The translations under genes were made by a program, and so were the position numbers. Positions 39,864 through 52,700 of a DNA stretch of 64,000 nucleotides are shown in pieces; position 1 is the first letter of the stretch, and each line of letters begins with the position of its first letter. The notes below the pieces were generated by a model. The model did no database searches. It saw only the letters and a program-made list of their open reading frames with translations, and was not told the DNA's origin. The DNA comes from Macrostomum lignano. Lineage: Eukaryota. The stretch lies in the NCBI GenBank assembly GCA_002269645.1, contig NIVC01000557.1, positions 186,001-250,000 of the forward strand. Direction: 5' to 3'.

Positions 39864-41364
39864 CTGGAATCCAATTTGAAGCGCTCCGAAAGCGAACAGT
39901 CCCGCGAGTTGCAACGCCTCCGCTGCCTGTTGGACACCTACGGCCTGTTGCTAGGTCAGGTGAATCGACTGCGAATGAAATGCGGCCTCGAGCCTCTGCA
40001 GGACTTTCGGAACACTGGCGGACTCAATGTCGAGTGAGTTGATGCATGCCACACTTGGGATTATCTGGAGCCCTCTAGGGGGGTTTGATTGCTAGTCTAA
40101 TAGACTAAAATATTGAAATTCAAGTAGGAACCGGTTTAAATGCAGCAATACAGTTTGAGTTCGATTTAAGTAAAGAAGTTTCAGTTTTTTACGAGCAGTA
40201 GCATTAAATAAATTTTTTATTAAGCTATTTTCTTTATTAAATGCAAAAAGTGCAACCAACGACAGTGGCGAAAAGCAAGCAAAGTTCCTAATGTACTTTT
40301 ATATGTGAAGTCTTATAGCTCGAAACGTGGATATTTCTCGACCGAGTAAAAAACCCCAGTCAGATCTTTCCGAAATCCGTTTAGACAAAAAACCGTATCT
40401 TGAGCAATTCCGCTCTTCAATGATGTATTTTTAAGCTGTATTTTTAGCATAACTACGAATACTGTAGCTTCAAAAGTTCAGGGCTTACTTTGCAGAATAA
40501 AATTCCTGTCTCTCAAACATAATTCAAAGTACATGTAGTGGCAAGTCTTTAAAAATATTCCCGTACATTGACACGTGTTGTGCGAGCTTGCGAGCAGTGG
40601 AGTTGGTTATTATGTCATGATTTCAGCAAAAGTACTCCTCCGGTTCTAACCACCCCTAATCCCGAATTGCATCCAGCATCGCGAACAAATGCGGCCAGAT
40701 CCCGATGGGCAACACTGGGTCAGCCGTGGCCGCGGCAGCCGCTTTCGACTTCATGAGCCGGCACCTGCTGGGTTTCGGGGCGCCGTTCCTGCCGAATTTT
40801 GGCGGCGTTGGCGGCGGCGGCGGTGGCGGAGCATTCCTGCCGCCGCCTCCCGGATCTGCCGTCTATCATCATCTCCAGCATCAGCACCAGCAGCATCATC
40901 AGCATCAGCATAATCAGCAGCAGCAACAGTCGCTGCCACCACCTCCACCGCCAATGTCCGCGGCAGCAGCAGCCGCTGCCGCCGCTGTAGCAGCCGCCGC
41001 CGCAGCCGCCGTCAGCTCTTCGTCGAGCAGCCTGTGCGGCCGGCTCTACCCTCCTCCTCACCCGCACTCCCTGACCCCGAGGCCGGGCAGCTCAAACGCC
41101 GCCCTGCACCAGCCGGCAGCTCTGTCAACAACTTCCTCGTCCTGCCCATCGGCTGGCGTCTCCATGCAGCAGCCGATGCCGCAAGTCTGTGCCACGGCCA
41201 CGGCCGCCGCCTTTCGTCAACAACCGCCGCCGATGAAAGCTTGCACCTCCTGCCACCAGCAGATTCACCGGAATGCGCCAATCTGCCCGCTCTGCAAAGC
41301 CAAGAGCCGGTCTAAGAATCCCAAGAAGCAGAAGCGAAAGATTGACGGCTCGCTGATTGGTTGA
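39864..41364 (+). pseudogene. ZC4H2: Duplicate ZC4H2 exons 3-4 (39864-40033, 40677-41364) without their own exons 1-2
   Basis: The translation is identical to 26873-28373. Confidence 0.85.
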
Positions 41365-44300
41365 GAGACTCTCAGTATCTCCCTGACCGAAAATTCACAA
41401 GCAGATCGAGCGTTTCACTTTTGCATGCAATCGCAGGGACTATAAAACTAACTAATAATACGGTTCCTTTAGCGATCGATATCGATGCATGCATATGCGA
41501 CCGGTTGTATTACTAGGTACTATATTTTTAATACACCGGCTGTACATGTATGTATTAATATTTCAACGGTGCTAATACTAGTAGTATACTAATGATATGT
41601 TATCCATTCCATGAAATGCTGGGGCACCATATGCAGATGAAATCGCTATAGGAATGCAGAATTAGTTGTCACATGTAAACCTGTCGTGCCGCGAAGGGAG
41701 CTACATGTACGTAACAGTAATAGTGTAGGTTGCGGGCCGACAGACCAAATTTGTTTTTAGACTGTTCATTTGGTTTACATGTACGTTTAATATGTTAATA
41801 ATGGCACTTTACATGCATGTAATTGAATAAAAATTCAACGAGGTCCACTCGATCAGGACTGTGTAACAAGAAATCATTCATATATTAGATCCTCAATCAA
41901 AGAGCGCGCCCGTGCACTGGTAGTCTTTTCATCGAAATTTCCCAACAGAATACACACAAGAGTATTTATTCTATTTCGGAATCTACGCAGGTGTATTTTT
42001 TGCACAATGGTAGAATGGGTAAAAAAATCACAGGGTTTGGCATGTTGTTTCATTGTATACTAGGCCCACACTACAGGGAGCGATTCAAAAGCAATAAAAT
42101 TTTCAAAAAATTTTATGTTCCATATACAATAATGTAATACACTAACTGTATTTAGTAAAAAAGTTTGCTATCTTAAAATTTTACCATATATTTGTTTAAA
42201 TGGTCAACGTATAAATCGCATCAATATGACGTTGAATAAGCAGACTCAACTGCTTCAGTAGTTAGTGTCAGACTGGATCATCAGGACACATATGGGCGAT
42301 ATGGCTTATGTCGTATGACGTTAAACATATGTTAATTTTTCATTGACATTAGAAGGCCTATAATTTTTATAAAATATTATGTATTACCTACCTAATTTAT
42401 ATTTAATTTAGATCTATATTCCTGAAAGCATTGGTAGGCCCATTAAAGTGCTATCCTAGGCTTAATTTTTGTTGAGTAGGGGCCTAAATTAAATTAAGAG
42501 TACATAGCAATGGCCTAGGCAAATTTAACAATGAGCAGAACTCAAAAAAGTTAAGCATTGGCAATATTTGTGAGAGCTAAAATTGCAGCTAGTATTGTAT
42601 AAAATATCAATAACCCAAAGGCCAAAGCTAGGCCTAATGCCGTAGGCTTAACCCATAGGCCTATACATACATGTGCAACCTCCAAAATTCGGTCAGCCGT
42701 GCGACTTAGTTTTAACAAAAATGCGACGTAGTTTTTGGCCAAAAATGCGACTTACATATAAAAAAACCCGAAAGCAAAATCAACGCAACTTTGGGTAAAC
42801 GGCAGGAGTAACTATGACTGTTTTATTAAGCTAAAATGCCTCGTCAGCTACTTAGTACTACTCTTCAGGTTATTTTTTGGGTGGGCATTTTTGCGACTTC
42901 CTTGATTGGCCGCCAAATCGGTCGGCCGGATCGGCCGACTCGGCCGACTGTTGCGCATGTATGGGCCTATATGGCCTTATGATAAGGCCATGGCCATCTA
43001 TAATATTTCCTTTTAGATTTGAAACAAAATAGTACAAATGAGATTGAGAATTTATAGGCCTAGGTAGTGCTGGTCTAGCCTAGCTTTTTATGTTAAGAAG
43101 TAAAGTAGTAATTATTAAAGTAGTAGGCCTAATAAATAGGCCTATTAATTAATTTGTTATAATTAGACCTAGACATTTCATATTTATACAATTATAGGCC
43201 TATTAAAAAGTTTTGGCAATAATATGCTGTGTGCACTTATAGGCTAGTAGGCCTAGCTAGGATCAAATTGTTTGTGGTTAGTTTGCTAGGATATATTGCT
43301 TTGTCTATTGTCAGTTAATTTGCTGGCAAATAAAATGAGTTTTTAGTGGTGGGTATGTTTATTGTTTGTTTAGTATAATTATGAGGTAGGGGTTAAGAAA
43401 GATAATAAAAAAAATTTGGATTTGGATTTTCCTTGTAACTGATTGGCATTGAGTTTGCACAAATGAATACAGAAATGGTGCAGACGAATCACAACAAATT
43501 GCTTTCTCCTGTTTTATTCCAACAGCCGGGGTCCTCAAATTCTGGGGGGAGGGTAGTCGTAATCATACATGCGCAACTTCCAAAATTCGGTCGGCCATGC
43601 GACTTAGTTTTAACAAAAAATGCGACGCAGTTTTTGGCCAAAAATGCGACTTACGTAATAAAAACTGTAAAGCAAAATTAACGCAACTTTGGGTAAACGG
43701 CAGAAGTAACTATAACTGTCTTATTAGGGCAAAATGGCTCGTAATGGCTCTAATGGCTTAGTAATACTACTTAGGTTTTTTTGGGTGGGCATTTTTGCGA
43801 CTTCCTTGATTGGCTGCCAAATCGGTCGGCCGGATCGGCCGACTCGGCCGACTGTTGCGCATGTATGGTCGTAATTGTAGCGGAGCAGTCTTGTAGCGGC
43901 ATGGTTGTTCAAACAATAATACACCGGAGATTTTGGTGTCATAAAATTAATGTGTTGATTTGCTGAGCTGGTTACTTTTGGTAGGGTAGTTGCTGCCACC
44001 ACTATAATTTACATATTTTGGAACAAATTAAGTCTTAGAGCTTTCTTTGAGATGAGAACTTTGGTTTTTTTATGCCCCATAGGCAAATGACTCAAGAAAT
44101 ACTATGGCTTATGTCAATAGATAAATGTGGTGTTTATGTTTATTAAGTTTCGTTTATTATTTAGCAGGCTTAATAAAGAAAGTTACTAATGCTATTAATA
44201 ATTAGGACAATTACTGGGGTTTGCGTTTAATTTGTTACGATGACAATGATTGTGGGCGCCAGTGCACAAAACGAGTTAAGAAAGTAAAATTGAACAAAAC

Positions 44301-46866
44301 TTGGCAAAAGAAATCTGAAGTGGAGGAGGAGAAGAAACGCATGAACCTAAAGTGGCACATCATGGGCTATATAAATATTAATGGAGAGGCTGCAGTCAAT
44401 GAGTGTGGCTGCCACTGGTCACACTAGTAGACCAAAATCTTGGACGTGGACACAACAGATGGAACAGCTTTATTGACATGCAAATTGAGAAAATAAAACA
44501 AAAAATTTAAGCAAAATTCCAGCAGGGGAAAACTCTTTTTTTCCACAGAATGGGATGACAAAACACTTGCTAGATCTCTAATCAAAAGAACATGAGAAAA
44601 AATTATTAGCAAACAGACAGGAAAAAATTAACTCTTTTGTGAGCAGTTTGAAGGGCTATTAAAAAATAAAACAGTTAATTAAAATTCAGACCAGTGGCAC
44701 CTAACTGCCACAATTATATGACAAATATTGTATGATTAGTTAATTAATTCAGGTATAATTTAGCCATCAATATTCAAAGCAAAAAACAAATTATTATAGT
44801 TTATTTATACACTGCTTAATATAATTTAAAGAGATGACACTATGTAATTTAGCTTTCATTTTTAACTGTGATTTTAAACTTTGATTTTTATATTTTAATT
44901 ATGATTTTGTAACCTATTTCCTATGAATTTAGTTGTAGTTATCCCATCTCCTATTTTTTCACTATGAACTCTTTTTTTGACTCTAAAGAAAAAACCACAT
45001 GAGCTTTAAACTTTGTGCAAAATTTCTCCCAAAATGTAAATTGAAAACTTCCAACTGCTGATCATTCATCTGCTTATTTGCTTATTTGCTGCAAATACTG
45101 CTCTTTACACTAATATATGCTTTGCTGCTTCATTGCTAGGTATTGTTTTCATTGGACACAATAGCATAGCAGATGAACTGTCCACCTTAGCATGGATCTC
45201 CAGTAGACAAACTGATAGCAGATTAAATGACCTAGTTTGCCCCTAGTTTGTACTATAGACAACAGGAAAAATGACTATTGCTTCATGGCTACACCAATAC
45301 ATGATTAAATTGAGTGCTTATAAAATAAACTAGATTATAAAATGGTAATATTAGGGCAATGCCAACTTTGATTATAGCTACAATAAAATGTTAGTATGAA
45401 TAGATAACTTGCTATTGCAATAATTGAATGAATTATGAATACTTGATAAATATCTAAAACAATAAGATCTAATAAAATCGCTATCATTTTGCACCACTGC
45501 CAAGAAAGTGTTCAGTGTATGCCAGAGTTTTTTAGGCAAAATTGAAAGTTATATACCAATTATGCCAAAAATTAGAAATGTGACTGTCATGTATACCAAA
45601 ATTTCAAAATGATGCAACCTTACTTTGCCCTATGAGAATAAAGATAAATGATCCTTTTTACATTCCAACAATCAAGGACCTTTTCTATTGTTAGGTTTGA
45701 TGTTTACATGTACATTATAACAAAATAAGTGTTGTATCTATTACTTTATAACAACTTGCAATCACAAAGTTCTAAAACTTAAACCCTTTAAAAACACTAT
45801 CACATTCAATTAGTATATATATATATATATACATATTTATTTATTCATATATATACTTTTTAAGACTCAAACACACCAAATATGCATGTTAATGAACTTA
45901 GAACTATAAATACAAAATAGTCTCCTTTGTAGGTAGCCATTAATATCCATTTTTATATGCTTTTTGTCTAATATAAGATTTGAATAAAGATATATGATAA
46001 CTGAAATTTCACTATACATATAGTTATTATCTGCATATATCAGAATTTTATTAATTGTGCTTATACAATTCTCATACAATATAAAAATCTATTTTCATAA
46101 TTAAGCTAGTTGCTATATATAATATAGTGCTCATAGGGTTGCTTATGCATCATTGGAAAGATAATTTCATTGATTTCTTTTTCTCTTGCCTAATATAACA
46201 ATCCGTATATCTTCCAAAAATATATATTGTATATAAAGATGACATATTGAACATGTTTTATACCCTTAGTCTAACTAATTTTAGCTAAGATTAAAAATAT
46301 TTAGTCCAACATATATTGTCTCTTAGAAATTGAAAATATATAATAAAGTTCTAGCAAATGCCAATGCCTACTTGAAGCTACCAATATCTCTACCCTATCC
46401 TTTGCATTGCTAATCCTTTCTGATTAGTTGTAGAAGTTTGCAGGCTTCATGTGTATAGATTAATTCTATTTTGCAATTGGTAGGTGTCTGAAATCCTTAA
46501 GAATCCAAATAATTATGAGATTATTAATAATTCACATGAAATATAAACTATAAAAATATCAAATATGAATAGGCTTGAAACAATAGGATGTCAATGTCAT
46601 TTTTGCATCCTGGGTCCGAATCAAGGATTTCAAATTAAAGTTAATATGTCATTTGTGACATACCCTATGGGTCTATGAGCCAACAAACCTAGACTGTAAT
46701 ATGTATTATAGATATAGGCTTTAAATTTAGTTTTAAATATTGCCATTGCCAAGTGTAGTCAGTACCTGATAATCATTATTAATAAATTTCAGGTGCCTAT
46801 ATTCAACAGAGCACCACTTGTTATTATTGTATTGCCTTAGGTCACTTGCTAATCAATCAATCAATC

Positions 46867-48739
46867 ATGAAGGCACAACAACAACAACAACAGCAACCTC
46901 CCAATGCGCAACTTCAGGCATCTGTTTCGCCTAGAATAAAAATTGTGCTGGGCGAAAAGCCCTCTGTCACGCACTGTAACCCATTCTACCTCATGAGCAA
47001 GGAGCCGCCACAGGAGGCGCCATTGACTGGAGCTTCCAATTTGATCAAGCATCACGATCTTGAGCAGGCTTATTCTATGTACTGTACCAGGCGTTTGCGT
47101 GAGGAGCTGTCGTGTTTTCTGCCTGGGTTACCTGGGCAGATTGATACTAATGGGTGAGTCTTGAGTCAGGCTGATTGCTAACAGGTCAGGCTGATTGCTA
47201 ATAGGTCAGGCTGATTGCTAACAGATCAGGCTGATTGCTAATAGGTCAGGCTGATTGCTAACAGGTCAGGCTGATTGCTAACAGGTCAGGCTGATTGCTA
47301 ATAGGTCAGGCTGATTGCTAACAGATCAGGCTGATTGCTAATAGGTCAGGCTGATTGCTAACAGGTCAGGCTGATTGCTAATAGGTCAGGCTGATTGCTA
47401 ACAGGTCAGGCTGATTGCTAACAGGTCAGGCTGATTGCTAATAGGTCAGGCTGATTGCTAACAGGTCAGGCTGATTGCTAATAGGTCAGGCTGATTGCTA
47501 ACAGGTTAGGCTGATTGCTAATAGGTCAGGCTGATTATTAATGGGCCAGACTGATTATTGGGTCAGACTGATTATTAATGGGTCAGACTGATGATTAGTG
47601 GGTCAGACTGATTATTAATGGGCCAGACTGATTATTGGGTCAGACTGATTATTGGGTCAGACTGATGATTAGTGGGTCAGACTGATGATTAGTGGGCCAG
47701 ACTGATTATTGGGTCAGACTGATTATTAATGGGTCAGACTGATGATTAGTGGGTCAGACTGATTATTAATGGGCCAGACTGATAATTAGTGGATCAGACT
47801 GATTATTAATGGGCCAGACTGATTATTGGGTCAGACTGATTATTAATGGGCCAGACTGATGATTAGTGGGTCAGACTGATTATTAATGGGCCAGACTGAT
47901 AATTAATGGGTCAAACTAATTATTAATGGGTCCAACTGGTTGCTAATGCATGTGTCTAATGACTTATGGGTGTTGGACTGTCAACTCAATATATTATATT
48001 TGCATTAAAATCTCTCTTCAGATTCGAAGACGGCTCATCCCTGTCCGAGATGATCGAGCGACCGCCAGTTACTGGCAAAGATTTGGCCCCACTATCGGCC
48101 AATGCCATGTCCGCTTTTCGTCTACACGAGGGTCCCGTGCCGCCTGAGCTGGCTCAGTTGTTTAACAAGCCGCCGCCCCAGCAGCAGCAACAGCAGCAGC
48201 CGCAGCCACCTACTCCCCAATCGTCTCAGCAGTCTCAGCAGCCTCCAGGTCGAACTAGGAAGCGTCGTCACGAAGCCGTCATCACAGATTTGATTGGCAG
48301 CAGTCATAACGAATCTAATCCAGGCGATAATACCAGTGCCAGCTCTAATACTATTGTTGCTTCTCAATCAACTTCTGCTTCTAGTAGCGTTGGCGTGACC
48401 AGTGCTCAGCCAGTTTCTGCTCCTAGCGCTGCTGCTCACGTGAGCGTCGCTTCTGGCGCTCCGGCTATCAGCAGGTTTGCCGCCGGCGTTCCACCGCTGC
48501 CGCCTCCGCAGCCTTTGCCATCGGCCAGCTCTGCCGCCGCTTCTGTTGCTGCTGCTGCTTCCGCTGCTTCGGCGTCTTCAGCCATGCCGACAGCAGCATT
48601 TTCCTCGTCACCAGCGGCCGCTGGACAGTGCTTGAACTCTGCTTCCGCCGCCGCCGCCGCTAAATTTGATAAAGCCGAACGGAAAGCCGAAAGGAAACGA
48701 AAAAAGGAGAAGAAACGAAAGACAAAAGAGAGGACTTGA
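46867..48739 (+). CDS. MED19: Mediator subunit 19 (exons 46867-47153, 48022-48739)
   Basis: PFYLM..LTGASNLIKHHDLEQAY..LSCFLPGLPGQID | G..SSLSEMIERPP..FRLHEGPVP and a Lys-rich tail match MED19. Phase-2 intron GG|GTGAGT ... ttcag|A. AATAAA at 48773. Confidence 0.92.
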
Positions 48740-49091
48740 AAATCGATCAATGACTCTCGTTTTTTTAATCCTAATAAATTGAATTAGCGACTGCTAATCT
48801 GAGTACTGTACATATTGAAAGTATAAAATTGTTATTAATAAACCTTGCACCGTTGGTACCTATTATTGCTGGTGATAATATAGTTTTCAAGTTTTTTATA
48901 TCATTTAAATTGAAGCTACTAATGATTGACATATCCTGGTAAATGTGTCTGATTCTCGCAACAGATCAAGTGGGTTCGATTCCCATGTGTAGCCGCATTC
49001 ATTTGGGGAACTGCTCCCAAAAAAGTCAACCCTCCCCCCCCAGTCAAGAAAGTCATCAAGGAAAAAAGTTTACTTCGAGTAGTCAATAAAT

Positions 49092-49640
49092 ATCACTTCC
49101 GGTAGCCAATGGATATATCACTTCCGGTAGTCAGTGGATATCACTTCTGGTATTCAGTAGATATCACATCTGGTAGGCAGTAGATATCACTTCTGGTAGT
49201 CAGTAGATATCACTTTTGGTAGTCAGTAGATATTACTTCTGCTAGTCAATGGATATATCACTACCGGTCGTCAGTGGACATCACATCCGGTAATCAGTAG
49301 ATATCACTTCCGGTAGTCAGTGGATATATCTCATCCGGTAGTCAGTAGATATCACTTCCGGTAGTCACGATATATCACTTCTGGTAGTCACTGGATATAT
49401 CACTTCCGGTAGTCAGTGGATATATCTCATCCGGTAGTCAGTAGATATCACTTCCGGTAGTCGCAGGATATATCAATTCCGGTAGTCGCAGGATATATCA
49501 CTTCCGGTAGTCACTAGGTATGTCATTTCCGGTAGTTAGTAGATATCACTTCCGGTAGTCGGTGGATGTATCACATCCGGTACTCAGTAGATATCACTTC
49601 CGGTAGTCAGCGAATATATCACATCCGGTAGTCAGTAGCT
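49092..49640. repeat. ~23-25-bp minisatellite (GATATCACTTCCGGTAGTCAGTA)n upstream of SCFD1
   Basis: Direct reading. Same family as 53368-54125. Confidence 0.9.
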
Positions 49641-49737
49641 AACAGTGTAAATATTTCTGTGTTTGATACTTATTAAAATTATTCGTGTCATTTTTCAGTC
49701 TGCAATCAGGCTCCGTGGTCCCGACTAGACTAATAAA

Positions 49738-52700
49738 ATGATGAAGCAATCTCAGAATCCCGGGACCGGTCCCGGCAACAGTTTGCGGTCTAGAAAGATT
49801 GAATCAATGCGCAGAATGCTGAATTTGAATGCGCCGACAGCTAGGCTGACATCGGCGGGCTTGTCCTCGGCAGCTGGCGGACCCGCCGACTCTGAGGAGC
49901 CGCAGTGGAAGGTGATTTCTTATCCAGCGAATCTCTGTCTTCCTAAAAGACTAGAGACTTTGAGAACCTGCTCTGGACTCTTATTTCAACAAAAATCGAC
50001 TCATTGGATTTACTGATGAGGTTTATATTTAGGACGCACCTTGAGGCTTGAGAATCGCCACTCGAGGCACTCTAGTCTCACCTTGAGAATCGCTTCTCGA
50101 GACTCTCCTCACATTGAGAATCGCTTCTCGAGACTCTCCTCACATTGAGAATCGCTTCTCGAGACTCGCATTGAGAATCGCTTCTCGAGACTCTTTACTT
50201 GAGAATCTCTTCTCGAGACTCTTTACTTGAGAATCTCTTCTCGAGACTTTCACCTTGAGAATCGCTTCTCGAGACTCTCCTCACATTGAGAATCGCTTCT
50301 CGAGACTCTCGCATTGAGAATCGCTTCTCGAGACTCTCACATTGAGAATCGCTTCTCGAGACTCTCACATTGAGAATCGCTTCTCGAGACTCTCACATTG
50401 AGAATCGCTTCTCGAGACTCTCACATTGAGAATCGCTTCTCGAGACTCTCACATTGAGAATCGCTTCTCGAGACTCTCACATTGAGAATCGCTTCTCGAG
50501 ACTCTCACATTGAGAATCGCTTCTCGAGACTCTCACATTGAGAATCGCTTCTCGAGACTCTCACATTGAGAATCGCTTCTCGAGACTCTCACATTGAGAA
50601 TCGCTTCTCGAGACTCTCACATTGAGAATCGCCTCTCGAGACACTCGCTTTAAGAATCGCCTTTAATCGGTCCCAAAAATTTTTTTTTATTACCTGTCTT
50701 CCAGTAATTCCAGTAATGTACTTGTTGATCATTTCCCCCGCAAACCTGTCAGGTGTTGATTTACGATCGCAGCGGTCAAGACATGATCTCTCCGCTGCTC
50801 ACGGTGAAAGATCTACGCGACCTGGGCGTCACGTTGCACCTGCCGTTGCACTCAGATCGCGAGCCGCTATCCGACGTTGCCGCCGTGTATTTTATGAATC
50901 CTAGCGAGGAGAATTTGCAACGCTTGGGACGCGATCTGGCTGCCGGATTATACGAGTCCTATCATTTGAATTTCATATCGCCAATATCCAGGAGCAAGCT
51001 GGAGGATCTGGCTCAGGTTGGTGGTCTCATACACTGAATTGGGATCTAGGGGATAAGGGAAGAGGACCTAAGGGATACTGGTAAGGAGATCTATGGGATA
51101 CGGGTAAGGGGATCTATGGGATACGGGTAAGGAGATCTATGGGATACGAGTAAGGAGATCTATGGGATACGGGTAAGGGGATCTATGGAATTCGCGAAGA
51201 GGATCTAAGGGATATGGGAAGGGGATCTAGGGGATACAGGAAAGGGATCTAGGAGAAATACAGGAAGGAATCTAGGGAATACAGGAGAGAATCTAGGGGA
51301 TACAGGAAGTGGATCTAGGAGAAATACAGGAAGGGATCTAGGGGATACAGGAGAGAATCTAGGGGATACAGGAAGTGGATCTAGGAGAAATACAGGAAGG
51401 GATCTAGGGGATACAGGAAAGGGATCCAAGGGATACAGGAAAGGGATCTAGGAGAAATACAGGAAGGGATCTAGGGGATACAGGAGAGAATCTAGGGGAT
51501 ACAGGAGAGAATCTAGGGGATACAGGAAAGGGATCCAAGGGATACAGGAAAGGGATCCAAGGGATACAGGAAAGGGATCCAAGGGATACAGGAAAGGGAT
51601 CTAGGAGAAATACAGGAAGGGATCTAGGGGATACAGGAGAGAATCTAGGGGATACAGGAAGTGGATCTAAGGGATACACGAAAGGGATCTAGGGGATACA
51701 GGAAAGGGATCCAAGGGATACAGGAAAGGGATCTAGGAGAAATACAGGAAGGGATCTAGGGGATACAGGAGAGAATCTAGGGGATACAGGAAGTGGATCT
51801 AAGGGATACACGAAAGGGATCTAGGGGATACAGGAAGGGGATCGAGGGGATACAGGAAAGGGATCTAGGGGATACAGGAAGGGGATCGAGGGGATACAGG
51901 AAGGGATCTAGAGGATACAGGAAGGGATCTAGGGGATACAGGTAGGGATCTAGGGGATACAGGAAATGGATCTAGGGGATACAGGAAAGGGATCTAGGGG
52001 ATACAGGAAATGGATCTAGAGGATACAGAAAGGGACCCAGGGGATACAGGAAAGGGATCTAGGAGAAATTCAGGAAGGGATCTAGGGGATACAGGAGGGA
52101 ATCTAGGGGATACAGGAAGTGGATCTAAGGGATACACGAAAGGGATCTAGGGGATACAGGAAGGGGATCGAGGGGATACAGGAAAGGGATCTAGGGGATA
52201 CAGGAAGGGGATCGAGGGGATACAGGAAGGGATCTAGAGGATACAGGTAGGGATCTAGGGGATACAGGAAATGGATCTAGGGGATACAGGAAATGGATCT
52301 AGAGGATACAGGAAATGGATCTAGAGGATACAGAAAGGGACCCAGGGGATACAGGAAAGGGATCTAGGAGAAATTCAGGAAGGGATCTAGGGGATACAGG
52401 AGGGAATCTAGGGGATACAGGAAGTGGATCTAAGGGATACAGGAGTGAATCTAGGTGATACAGGAAGGGGATCTATGGAATTCGTGAAAAGGATCTATTG
52501 AATACGGGAAGAGGATCCAATGAATTCGTGAAAAGGATCTATTGAATACGGAAGAGGATCCAATGAATTCGTGAAAAGGATCTATTGAATACGGAAGAGG
52601 ATCCAATGAATTCGTGAAAAGGATCTATTGAATGCGGAAGAGGATCCAATGAATTCGTGAAAAGGATCTATTGAATACGGGAAGAGGATCCAATGAATTC

